This document shows positions 43,772 to 52,533 of a stretch of DNA of 62,376 nucleotides, piece by piece (position 1 is the first letter of the stretch; every line of letters starts with the position of its first letter). Origin of the DNA: Candidatus Desantisbacteria bacterium CG1_02_49_89 (GTDB taxonomy: Bacteria > Desantisbacteria > UBA1551); contig MNUP01000143.1 in assembly GCA_001871075.1 (NCBI GenBank), positions 1-62,376 on the forward strand, given 5' to 3'. The position numbers and the translations under genes were made by a program. Under the pieces are notes generated by a model, which was not told the origin of the DNA, searched no databases, and saw only the letters and a list, made by a program, of their open reading frames with translations.

Positions 43772-44653
43772 ATGAAGCTCACGGAACTGATTAAAAAGAA
43801 GAATTTCGTCGTAACGTCGGAAATAGGCCCGCCCAAGGGCTGGCAGGTGGAGCATCACCTGGATGAAGCAAAGAAATATTTTGCCGGAATCGTGGATGCG
43901 GTAAACGTCACTGACAACCAGTCGTCTGTGATGAGGTTCGGTTCCCTTGCCACCTGCCATATGCTGAAAGACAGGGGTATGGAACCCGTGTTTCAGGTTA
44001 CATGCCGCGACAGGAACAGGCTTGCGCTCCAGTCAGACATACTCAGCGCAGCAGGGCTGGGAATTGAAAACCTCCTCCTGCTGACAGGAGACCACCCGAA
44101 ACTCGGTGACCACCCCGGCTCAAAGCCGGTGTTCGACCTGGACTCAGTGTCCCTCACCCATGCTGTCAGACAGATGGAGAGCGGCGTTGACCTCGCGGGC
44201 AACAAGCTTGACGGCGACCCGCCGAAGTTCTGCAAGGGCGCGGTCGTATCGCCGTGCGCAGAGCCGCTTGAACCCCAGCTGATGAAAATGGAAAAGAAAA
44301 TCAATGCCGGGACGGAATTCTTCCAGACCCAGGCAGTGTATGAACCCGAAAAGTTCGCCAGGTTCATGGAAAAAATCAAGGGCTGGAACGTGCCGGTGCT
44401 CGTGGGCATAGTGATACTGAAATCCGTGGGGATGGCGAAATTCATGAACGAAAACGTTGCCGGCGTTTTTGTCCCCGACCCTCTCATAGAAGAACTGAGG
44501 AAAGACAAGGAGAAGACGAAATCAGGGCAGACCGGGGTGGAGATCGCGGCAAGGCTGATAAAAGAGATGAAGTCCATGTGCCAGGGCGTGCATATCATGC
44601 CGCTGGGCTGGGACCAGCATGTTCCGGCGATACTGGACGCGGCTGGATTATAA
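43772..44653 (+). CDS. metF: Methylenetetrahydrofolate reductase
   Basis: 293-aa MTHFR TIM-barrel family (SEIGPPKG..., TCRDRNR, LLLTGD). GGGAGG SD. Confidence 0.85.
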   Translation: MKLTELIKKKNFVVTSEIGPPKGWQVEHHLDEAKKYFAGIVDAVNVTDNQSSVMRFGSLATCHMLKDRGMEPVFQVTCRDRNRLALQSDILSAAGLGIENLLLLTGDHPKLGDHPGSKPVFDLDSVSLTHAVRQMESGVDLAGNKLDGDPPKFCKGAVVSPCAEPLEPQLMKMEKKINAGTEFFQTQAVYEPEKFARFMEKIKGWNVPVLVGIVILKSVGMAKFMNENVAGVFVPDPLIEELRKDKEKTKSGQTGVEIAARLIKEMKSMCQGVHIMPLGWDQHVPAILDAAGL

Positions 44654-44656
44654 AAA

Positions 44657-45418
44657 ATGAAGATAGCGATAAGCGGGAAAGGCGGAGTCGGGAAAACCAC
44701 CCTTGCCGCCCTTCTTGCTAAAATCTACTCTGACGGCGGGAAGAAGGTTTTTGCCATAGACGCTGACCCGGACGCGAACCTTGCGATGACGCTCGGCTTT
44801 CCGGACCCGTCAAAGATCGTCCCCCTGGTCCTGATGAAAGAACTGATTGAGGAAAGAACGGGAGCGAAGCCCGGGGCATCCTCTCCCCTCTTCAAGCTCA
44901 ACCCCAGAGTGGACGACATCCCCGATAAATATTTCGCGGAGCACGACGGGATAAAGCTCGCCGTGATGGGAACCGTCAGGGGCGGAGGGCTGGGATGCAC
45001 CTGCCCGGAGAACGCGTTCCTGAAAGCCCTTCTTAGACACCTTATCGTTGACCGCGAAGAGGTCGTTATAATAGATACGGAAGCCGGGATAGAGCATCTG
45101 GGCAGGGGAACCGTGGAGGCAATAGATAAGCTCATTGTGGTCGCAGAGCCCGGCTTAAAGAGCATAGAAACGGCGCACAGGATAAAAAAACTGGCTCAGG
45201 ATATAGGAATAAGGAACATTGCTGTTGCCGGAAATAAAATACGCAACCTCCCGGACAGAAAATTCATAGAGGACAACCTGAAGGATTTTGACATTCTCGG
45301 CTATATCCCTTATGATGAAAAGATAATACAGGCAGACATGGACAAGGCAGCGGCGTTTGAATACGCGCCCGAAATACTCGAAGACGCCAAAAAAATACTC
45401 GCCAACCTCCGGGCATAA
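44657..45418 (+). CDS. cooC: CODH/ACS nickel-insertion ATPase (CooC/AcsF)
   Basis: Deviant Walker A ISGKGGVGKTT and the CxC metal motif GCTCPEN. 253 aa. Confidence 0.85.
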   Translation: MKIAISGKGGVGKTTLAALLAKIYSDGGKKVFAIDADPDANLAMTLGFPDPSKIVPLVLMKELIEERTGAKPGASSPLFKLNPRVDDIPDKYFAEHDGIKLAVMGTVRGGGLGCTCPENAFLKALLRHLIVDREEVVIIDTEAGIEHLGRGTVEAIDKLIVVAEPGLKSIETAHRIKKLAQDIGIRNIAVAGNKIRNLPDRKFIEDNLKDFDILGYIPYDEKIIQADMDKAAAFEYAPEILEDAKKILANLRA

Positions 45419-45430
45419 TCTGTGAAATCA

Positions 45431-45931
45431 ATGAAAAAAATAATATTCGTGGATGTGAAAAAGTGCCTTGGGTGCAGGACCTGCGAGCTGGAATGCGCGG
45501 TGGCACATTCAAAATCAAAAGACCTGCTCGGGGCAACCAAAGAAAGTTCCCCTCCCCGCCACAATATTGACGTGGAAAAGATAAACGAGTTCATAGTGCC
45601 CCTGCAGTGCAGGCACTGCGAGGACGCCCCCTGCGCAAAGATATGCCCTACCCGCGCGATTGAAAGGCTCGGTGAAGACGAACCCGTCCTCTTTAATAAG
45701 GACAAGTGCATAGGGTGCAAGTGGTGCATCGTCGCCTGCCCGTTCGGGATCCTGAAAATGGACAGGAAGGGAAAAGTAATCATAAAGTGCGACTTCTGCG
45801 CCGAGCGGCTCAAAAAGGGAGAGGAGCCTGCATGCACGTCCTCCTGCCCCACCGGGGCGCTGAAGTTTGTGTCCCCTGACGAAATCAGGAAAGAACGCAA
45901 AAAGAAATATTTAGTTGAACTGACGGGATAA
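45431..45931 (+). CDS. CooF/HycB-like 4x[4Fe-4S] ferredoxin
   Basis: Four Cys clusters (CLGCRTCELEC, CRHCEDAPCAKICP, CIGCKWCIVACP, CDFC...CTSSCP). The start could also be the GTG at 45422. Confidence 0.8.
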   Translation: MKKIIFVDVKKCLGCRTCELECAVAHSKSKDLLGATKESSPPRHNIDVEKINEFIVPLQCRHCEDAPCAKICPTRAIERLGEDEPVLFNKDKCIGCKWCIVACPFGILKMDRKGKVIIKCDFCAERLKKGEEPACTSSCPTGALKFVSPDEIRKERKKKYLVELTG

Positions 45932-45949
45932 CCGCAATCAAGGAATAAG

Positions 45950-46444
45950 ATGGAAGATAAGAAAGCAAGGGAAATTCTGGAGCATTATAAATACGAGCAG
46001 AACCAGCTGATACACATACTGCAGGACATCCAGACCGAATACAGGTACCTGCCCAGGGAAACGCTCTCTTTTGTTTCGCGCGAGCTGAAAATTCCCCTGT
46101 CAAGGGTTTACAGCGTGGGGAATTTCTACAACGCGTTCAGTTTAAAACCAAAAGGCAGGCACCTGATAAGCGTATGCCTTGGAACGGCCTGCCACGTAAG
46201 GGGCGGGAAAAGAATCTCCGAGGAAATAGAAAGAGTGCTCAATGTAAAATCCGGGGGGACTACGCCGGACCAGGAATACACCCTTGAAACCGTCAACTGC
46301 GTCGGCGCATGCGCCCTTGGACCCGTCATAGTCGTTGACGGGAAATACCACGGGCAGATGACCTCCGCCAAGGCAAAAAAACTGCTGTCCGCAATGAAGG
46401 ACAGCGGCGGGAACGGCAAGAATGGAAAGAATAAAAAATCCTGA
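45950..46444 (+). CDS. NuoE/HydC-like [2Fe-2S] thioredoxin-fold subunit
   Basis: [12 protein letters not shown] ... [10 protein letters not shown] NuoE-type cysteine pattern. Confidence 0.85.
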   Translation: MEDKKAREILEHYKYEQNQLIHILQDIQTEYRYLPRETLSFVSRELKIPLSRVYSVGNFYNAFSLKPKGRHLISVCLGTACHVRGGKRISEEIERVLNVKSGGTTPDQEYTLETVNCVGACALGPVIVVDGKYHGQMTSAKAKKLLSAMKDSGGNGKNGKNKKS

Positions 46445-48275
46445 AGAACTTGAAGCCCTGAGAGGTTCTCTCGCTAAAGCAGAGAAACCGGAAACGGTCT
46501 GCATCTCGGTGTGCCTCGGCACAGGATGCCAGGCATACGGCAGCGCGACAGTCGCGGAAGCACTGGACCAGGAAATCAGGAAACAGGGATTGTCAGAAAA
46601 AATAAAGGTGAAAAATACCGGGTGCCACGGTTTCTGCGAGAGAGGACCGATCCTCGTCATAAGGCCCCGGGGAATATTCTACCAGAAAGTCAAACCGGAA
46701 GACGCACCCGAGATAATCGGCAAAACCGTCCTCGGGGGAGAAATCATTGAAAGACTGCTCTATGTAGAGCCGGGCACAGAGAAAAAAGTTATTTATGAAA
46801 AAGACGTTCCCTTCTACAGGAAGCAGAGCCGAATTATTTTCGGGAACAACGGCTCCATTGACCCCGCAAGCATCGCAGACTATATCCGCATAGGCGGCTA
46901 CTCAGCCCTTTCAAAAGCGCTCTTCAAAATGTCACCCGACGGGATAATCGAGGAAATAAAAAAATCAAACCTCCGGGGCAGGGGCGGCGGCGGGTTCCCG
47001 ACTGGCGTGAAATGGGAAAGCTGCAGGAAGGCGCGCGGGGAACCGAAATACGTTCTGTGCAACGCTGACGAAGGCGATCCGGGAGCGTTCATGGACCGCA
47101 GCCTGCTTGAGGGCAACCCCCACAGCGTGCTGGAAGGAATGATAATCGGCGCTTTCGCCATCGGTGCAAGCGAAGGGTACATTTACGTCAGGATGGAGTA
47201 TCCCCTTGCAGTTGAAAGGCTGAGGACAGCAATCGCCCAGGCAGAGGAATGCGGCATGCTCGGGAAGAACATACTCGGCTCGGGTTTCAGCTTCACGGTT
47301 AAAATCAACCGCGGAGGCGGGGCTTTCGTGTGCGGGGAATCCACCGCGCTCATGGCGTCCATAGAAGGAAGAGTCGGTGAGCCCAGGACAAAATACATAC
47401 ACACTGCCGAAAGCGGGTTGTGGGAAAAACCATCAAACCTGAATAACGTGGAAACATGGGCAAATGTCCCATTGATTATCAACAGCGGTGCGGACTGGTT
47501 TACAAAAATAGGCACTGCGGGCAGCAAGGGCACGAAGATATTCTCCCTGGTCGGCAAAATAAATAACACGGGGCTGATTGAAATACCCATGGGAATGACC
47601 CTCAAGGAAATCATTTACGACATAGGCGGCGGGATTCCCGGAGGGAAGAAATTCAAGGCTGTCCAGACAGGCGGTCCTTCGGGCGGCTGCATTCCCGAAA
47701 AGTTCATAGACCTGCCTGTTGATTACGACGAATTGACGAAAGTCGGCTCAATGATGGGCTCGGGCGGCATGATTGTGATGGATGAAGGCACGTGCATGGT
47801 GGATCTTGCAAAATATTTCCTGACATTCCTCGCAGACGAATCCTGCGGTAAATGCGTTCCCTGCAGGGAAGGAGTGCACAGGATGCTGGAAATCGTCACT
47901 GAAATCACAGAAGGCAATGGAAAGGAAGAAGACGTCCCACTCCTGGAAGAAATGTCAAAGACCATTGTGGATACGTCGCTGTGCGCCCTTGGCGGAACAG
48001 CTCCAAACCCTGTAATGAGCACGATAAAGTATTTCAGGAATGAATACGAGGTACATATAAAAGACAAAAAATGCCCTGCCGGAGTATGCAGGGCGCTGAT
48101 TATTTACGACGTACTCGGGGATAAATGCACCGGGTGCGGCGCCTGCCTGAAAGCCTGCCCTCAGGAAGCAATCTCCGGCGAAAAGAAAAAACCGCATAAG
48201 ATTGACCGGAAGAAATGCATAAAATGCGGCATATGCAAAGATATCTGCAGATTTGACGCGGTTCAGATAAAATAG
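46422..48275 (+). CDS. NuoF/HydB-like NADH-binding FMN/Fe-S subunit
   Basis: [17 protein letters not shown] site, [17 protein letters not shown] site, an N-terminal 2Fe-2S domain and two C-terminal ferredoxin-type clusters. Confidence 0.85.
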   Translation: MERIKNPEELEALRGSLAKAEKPETVCISVCLGTGCQAYGSATVAEALDQEIRKQGLSEKIKVKNTGCHGFCERGPILVIRPRGIFYQKVKPEDAPEIIGKTVLGGEIIERLLYVEPGTEKKVIYEKDVPFYRKQSRIIFGNNGSIDPASIADYIRIGGYSALSKALFKMSPDGIIEEIKKSNLRGRGGGGFPTGVKWESCRKARGEPKYVLCNADEGDPGAFMDRSLLEGNPHSVLEGMIIGAFAIGASEGYIYVRMEYPLAVERLRTAIAQAEECGMLGKNILGSGFSFTVKINRGGGAFVCGESTALMASIEGRVGEPRTKYIHTAESGLWEKPSNLNNVETWANVPLIINSGADWFTKIGTAGSKGTKIFSLVGKINNTGLIEIPMGMTLKEIIYDIGGGIPGGKKFKAVQTGGPSGGCIPEKFIDLPVDYDELTKVGSMMGSGGMIVMDEGTCMVDLAKYFLTFLADESCGKCVPCREGVHRMLEIVTEITEGNGKEEDVPLLEEMSKTIVDTSLCALGGTAPNPVMSTIKYFRNEYEVHIKDKKCPAGVCRALIIYDVLGDKCTGCGACLKACPQEAISGEKKKPHKIDRKKCIKCGICKDICRFDAVQIK

Positions 48276-48296
48276 CAGAGCAGATATAGAGGTTTT

Positions 48297-49067
48297 ATGT
48301 TAAAGGTAACGATTGACGGGATTGAGGCAGAGGCTGACAAAGAAATAACAATACTCCAGCTTGCCAAAAAGCTCGGGGTAGAAATCCCTACCCTGTGCCA
48401 CCACGACGCCATAACCACATACGGCGCCTGCCGTGTCTGCACGGTTGAAGCGGGCATCCCCCGCTCGGACGGAAAGCTGCGCGTGCGCATGGTGACTGCG
48501 TGCAACTACCCCATCAGGGACAACGGCATAGTCATAAACACGAAATCCGAAAGGGTGCTTGCGAACCGCAGGATGATCCTGGAACTGCTCCTTGCGCGCT
48601 GCCCCAACGCAAAAAAGATAAAAGACCTTGCAGCTGAATACGGAGTTTTAAAATCAAGGTTCCCCTCTGAGAATCCTGAGGAGGAATGCATACTCTGCGG
48701 CCTGTGCACCAGGGTCTGCCAGGAAATTATAGGCAAGAGCGCCATAAGCCTTGTCGGGCGCGGATTTGAAAGGAAAGTGCTGGCGCCCTTTGACGAACCG
48801 TCCCAAGACTGCATTGCGTGCGGCGCCTGCGCGTATATCTGCCCCACCGGCGCAATAAAAATAGAGATTGAAGACGGAAAACTCCTTATTAAAAACTGGA
48901 AGACAAGCCGCGAGCTTGCAAAGTGCCTTATATGCGGGGAATACGCGGGTCCAGAAGCAGTCCTGCAGTATATAAAGGAAAAAGCGGCTTTGCCTGACGA
49001 TATTTACCTGCTGTGCGACAAATGCAGGAGAAAAAAACTGCAAAAGGAACTGATTGCCTCTGCTTGA
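48297..49067 (+). CDS. Truncated NuoG/HydA-N-terminal-like Fe-S protein (2Fe-2S + two 4Fe-4S, no catalytic domain)
   Basis: MLKVTIDGIEAEADKEITILQLA...CHH...CRVCTV 2Fe-2S fold, CILCGLCTRVC and CIACGACAYICP clusters, and a C-terminal CxxC...CxxC. Only 256 aa. Confidence 0.75.
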   Translation: MLKVTIDGIEAEADKEITILQLAKKLGVEIPTLCHHDAITTYGACRVCTVEAGIPRSDGKLRVRMVTACNYPIRDNGIVINTKSERVLANRRMILELLLARCPNAKKIKDLAAEYGVLKSRFPSENPEEECILCGLCTRVCQEIIGKSAISLVGRGFERKVLAPFDEPSQDCIACGACAYICPTGAIKIEIEDGKLLIKNWKTSRELAKCLICGEYAGPEAVLQYIKEKAALPDDIYLLCDKCRRKKLQKELIASA

Positions 49068-49088
49068 GCTGCAGCGTGGAGGGAAAAA

Positions 49089-49268
49089 ATGGAAGAAAAA
49101 AAGGAAATACTCGGGGAGACTTATGAACCTGGAAAACCAACGGAACCGTATAACTGGCGTAAAAAAATAAAAGGCAGGGATGAAATGCTCAGGTACCTGG
49201 CGGCCAGCGAACGGTACTGGTACTCAAAGGAATGGTTCGGCAGCGAAAAGCGCAAAAATCCCGCGTAG
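49089..49268 (+). CDS. Candidate 59-aa small protein (not in the ORF track)
   Basis: ATG lies 5 nt after GGAGGG. Translation is MEEKKEILGETYEPGKPTEPYNWRKKIKGRDEMLRYLAASERYWYSKEWFGSEKRKNPA. It sits inside the operon between the NuoG'-like gene and acsD. Confidence 0.45.
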   Translation: MEEKKEILGETYEPGKPTEPYNWRKKIKGRDEMLRYLAASERYWYSKEWFGSEKRKNPA

Positions 49269-49328
49269 CTGCAGTCCATGGTCCATAGACCATAGTCCAT
49301 AGCAAACAAACAATTTTTATTTGCTTAA

Positions 49329-49361
49329 CACCGTAATCGTTAGTTAATAATCACCGTAATC
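49329..49361 (+). promoter_or_regulatory. Two direct CACCGTAATC words upstream of the acsD SD
   Basis: caccgtaatc at 49329..49338 and 49352..49361 (23 bp apart), followed by atatttttaaggagg. Confidence 0.5.
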
Positions 49362-49380
49362 ATATTTTTAAGGAGGAAAA

Positions 49381-50310
49381 GTGGACATACCCAAAATAAA
49401 ATATTCCGGCAGAATAAAAGAAATCAGCGTGGCGGGAGGCGCCGTTACGGTCGGGGGTGAAACCTCCTACCCCTTCCACCTTTTCGAAGGCGAAATGCCT
49501 CACAGGCCTATGATCGCTATGGAAGTTTTTGACTCGCCGCAGGACGAATGGCCCCAGGCCTGCCTTGAGCCTTTCACAGACGTGATGAGATCCCCTTCTG
49601 CCTGGGCTAAAAAATGCGTTGAAAAATTCGGAGCTGAAATGATATGCCTGCAGCTGGCAGGCGCTGACCCCAACGGGCTGAACAGGGCGGCCGGTGAACT
49701 GATCCCTGCCGTAAAGGAAGTCGCGGCGTCAGTAAACGTGCCGGTCATAGTCTGGGGATGCGAGAATGACGACAAGGACGCTGAGGTCCTGCCCAAAGTC
49801 GCCGAATCGATCCAGGACAAGAAGATCATCATAGGGCCTGCGACAGACAAAAATTACAAAAAAGTCGGCGCGGCCTGCATAGCGTACGGCCACACGGTTG
49901 TCGCTTCCACCCCCATCGACATCAACCTCGCGAAACAGCTCAACATACTCCTGGGGGACCTGGGGGTCCCCGATTCGCAGATAATAATTGACCTTAACAT
50001 AGGCGGCTGCACTATAGGCTACGGGCTTGAATACACCTATTCTGTCATGGAAAGGCAGAAACAGGCCGCTCTTTCCCAGCAGGACGAAAAACTCCAGTTC
50101 CCGGTCCTGTGCAATTTCGCCCGCGATGTCTGGAAGAAAAGGGAGATCACGCTCGATGACGAAAAACTCGGGGACAAAAAGAAACGCGGCATACTTTTCG
50201 AGGCGATGACCGGGTGCATGCTGGCGATCGCCGGAGCCGACATACTCGTGATGCGCCACCCCGAAGCGGTCAGGCTTCTTAAGAACATGATAAACAACCT
50301 TACAAAATAA
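49381..50310 (+). CDS. acsD: Corrinoid iron-sulfur protein small subunit (CODH/ACS delta)
   Basis: AcsD/CdhD-like TIM-barrel protein of 309 aa. GTG start 4 nt after AGGAGG. Wood-Ljungdahl context. Confidence 0.8.
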   Translation: MDIPKIKYSGRIKEISVAGGAVTVGGETSYPFHLFEGEMPHRPMIAMEVFDSPQDEWPQACLEPFTDVMRSPSAWAKKCVEKFGAEMICLQLAGADPNGLNRAAGELIPAVKEVAASVNVPVIVWGCENDDKDAEVLPKVAESIQDKKIIIGPATDKNYKKVGAACIAYGHTVVASTPIDINLAKQLNILLGDLGVPDSQIIIDLNIGGCTIGYGLEYTYSVMERQKQAALSQQDEKLQFPVLCNFARDVWKKREITLDDEKLGDKKKRGILFEAMTGCMLAIAGADILVMRHPEAVRLLKNMINNLTK

Positions 50311-50384
50311 CCACGGAGGCACGGAGACACAGAGAAATCTGTTCTGGTTATAAACTTGACACTTGATACTTGACTCTTGATACT
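50311..50384. repeat. CCACGGAGGCACGGAGACACAGAGAA module followed by a TTGATAC word array
   Basis: It starts directly after the acsD stop. The module is shared with 12324..12349 and 20669..20692, and the words gacacttgatacttgactcttgatac resemble 303..316. Confidence 0.75.
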
Positions 50385-50393
50385 AAAAATAAT

Positions 50394-50425
50394 CACCGTA
50401 ATCGCATTTTGAAATCACCGTAATC
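50394..50425 (+). promoter_or_regulatory. Two direct CACCGTAATC words upstream of the acsA SD
   Basis: caccgtaatc at 50394..50403 and 50416..50425 (22 bp apart). Confidence 0.5.
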
Positions 50426-50441
50426 ATGAAACGGAGAAAAT

Positions 50442-52376
50442 ATGAGCGAAAAAAGCGCGGACAATTCAATGGGACCACTTATAGACAAGGCAAAAGCGGA
50501 TAAAGCGGAGATCTGCTGGGACAGGCTGGACGAGCAATCGCCCCAGTGCGGGTTCGGAAAGCTCGGCATCTGCTGCAGAATCTGTGCAATGGGCCCCTGC
50601 AGGATAGACCCATTCGGCGAAGAGGCTGACTGCGGCGTATGCGGAGCAACGGCGGATACCATCGCGGCCAGGAATTTCGCGCGGATGATCGCGGGCGGGG
50701 CAGCGGCGCATTCGGACCACGGCAGGGCTGTTGCGGAACTTTTTATCGCCGCGGCGCAGGGCAAGGCGCCGGGATACGAAATAAAGGACGAACAGAAACT
50801 GCTGCAGGTCGCGATGGACTTCGGGATACCCGTTGAGAACCGCACTATCCGGGATATAGCGCTTGACATAGGGAAAACCGCGCTTTCCCAGTTCGGCCAG
50901 CAGGAAGGAGAACTGCTGTTCGTCAAAAAAGCTCCTCTTAAAAGGCAGGCGGTATGGAAGGAAAACGGCGTCACTCCGCGCGGGATAGACAGGGAGATCG
51001 TCGAGGTTATGCACCGCACGCACATGGGAGTTGACCAGGACCACAGGAATGTACTGCTGCAGGGAACCCGCTGCGCCCTGGCTGACGGATGGGGCGGCTC
51101 TATGATCGGGACAGAGCTGCAGGACATACTTTTCGGAGCCCCTGTGCCGGTTATAGGAAAAGTCAATCTCGGCGTCCTTAAGGAAGACGAGGTGAATATA
51201 ATAATCCACGGCCACGAACCCCTGCTGTCTGAAATGATAGTCAACGTGGCGCAGGACAAAGAAATGCTTGAATACGCAAAAACAAAAGGCGCGAAAGGCA
51301 TCAACCTCGCAGGCATCTGCTGCACCGCAAACGAACTTCTGATGCGCCGCGGCATACCCATCGCAGGCAATTTCCTCCAGCAGGAACTGGCGATAGTCAC
51401 GGGTGCGGTGGAAGCGATGGTTGTTGACGTGCAGTGCCTTATGCAGTCTTTACCAATAGTAGCGCAGTGCTACCATACGCAGATCATAACAACTTCGCCG
51501 AAAGCGAAAATACCCGGCGCGATACATATTGAGTTCAGCGAGCGCGACGCGCCCGGGTCCGCGAAGGAAATAGTGCGCAGGGCGATAGATAATTTCCCCA
51601 GAAGGAAAGGCAAACCGAATATCCCCAAGGAACAAATGGACCTGATAGCCGGTTTTTCGCACGAAACGATCAACTACCTGCTCGGCGGGAAATTTCGCGG
51701 CTCATACAGGCCTTTGAATGAAAATATCATAAACGGCAGGATACGCGGGGTTGCGGGAGTTGTAGGCTGCAATAACCCGAAGGTCCCCCACGACGAACTC
51801 CACGTCGCGATGGTGAAGGAACTCATAAAGAACGACGTGCTGGTCCTGCAGACAGGGTGCGCGGCAATAGCCTGCGCGAAAGCAGGACTGCTCCTGCCTG
51901 AAGCCGCAAAACAGTATGCCGGCTCGGGCCTTGCTGAAGTATGCGAAGCTGTAGGCATACCGCCTGTCATCCATATGGGTTCATGCGTTGACAACTCAAG
52001 GATACTGATCGCAGCGGCCGCCATGGTCAAGGAAGGCGGGCTTGGCGACGACATCTCCGACCTTCCTGTCGCGGGAGCGGCGCCCGAATGGATGAGCGAA
52101 AAAGCCATTTCGATAGGTCATTATTTCGTTGCTTCAGGAGTTTTCACCGTGTTCGGGGTCACCTGGCCCACCCTGGGCAGCCAGGCGCTGACAAAAACAC
52201 TTTTTGAAGAATACGAGCAGACCTTCAGGGGAAAATGGGCTTTTGAGCCTGACCCGGTGAAGGCCGCGAAAATGATGATCGAGCATATAGACAAAAAACG
52301 CAAGGCTCTCGGCATAGACAAGGCGCGCGAAAGAGTGCTGTTCGACATGCAGAAACGCAGGGAGCTTGGCAGTTAA
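50442..52376 (+). CDS. acsA: Anaerobic Ni-Fe carbon monoxide dehydrogenase catalytic subunit
   Basis: N-terminal cluster motif CGFGKLGICCRICAMGPCRI. 644-aa CooS family. Confidence 0.9.
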   Translation: MSEKSADNSMGPLIDKAKADKAEICWDRLDEQSPQCGFGKLGICCRICAMGPCRIDPFGEEADCGVCGATADTIAARNFARMIAGGAAAHSDHGRAVAELFIAAAQGKAPGYEIKDEQKLLQVAMDFGIPVENRTIRDIALDIGKTALSQFGQQEGELLFVKKAPLKRQAVWKENGVTPRGIDREIVEVMHRTHMGVDQDHRNVLLQGTRCALADGWGGSMIGTELQDILFGAPVPVIGKVNLGVLKEDEVNIIIHGHEPLLSEMIVNVAQDKEMLEYAKTKGAKGINLAGICCTANELLMRRGIPIAGNFLQQELAIVTGAVEAMVVDVQCLMQSLPIVAQCYHTQIITTSPKAKIPGAIHIEFSERDAPGSAKEIVRRAIDNFPRRKGKPNIPKEQMDLIAGFSHETINYLLGGKFRGSYRPLNENIINGRIRGVAGVVGCNNPKVPHDELHVAMVKELIKNDVLVLQTGCAAIACAKAGLLLPEAAKQYAGSGLAEVCEAVGIPPVIHMGSCVDNSRILIAAAAMVKEGGLGDDISDLPVAGAAPEWMSEKAISIGHYFVASGVFTVFGVTWPTLGSQALTKTLFEEYEQTFRGKWAFEPDPVKAAKMMIEHIDKKRKALGIDKARERVLFDMQKRRELGS

Positions 52377-52533
52377 TCAAGTTAAAATTCAAATTGCAAA
52401 ATGTCCCTAAGGGATTCCCGCATCTTGTCCAGATAGGTAATCGGGACTGCGGGAATAAAAGTCAAATTTAGCAGGAATTCCATAAATTTAAAATTTGAAA
52501 TTTGAAATTTGAAATATTTTTAAAGGAGAAAAC

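Noticed and set aside
48297-49067. The NuoG/HydA-like gene might encode a [FeFe]-hydrogenase or a formate dehydrogenase catalytic subunit.
   Set aside because: The ORF stops after the ferredoxin-type clusters at 256 aa. No H-cluster or molybdopterin domain follows in any frame.
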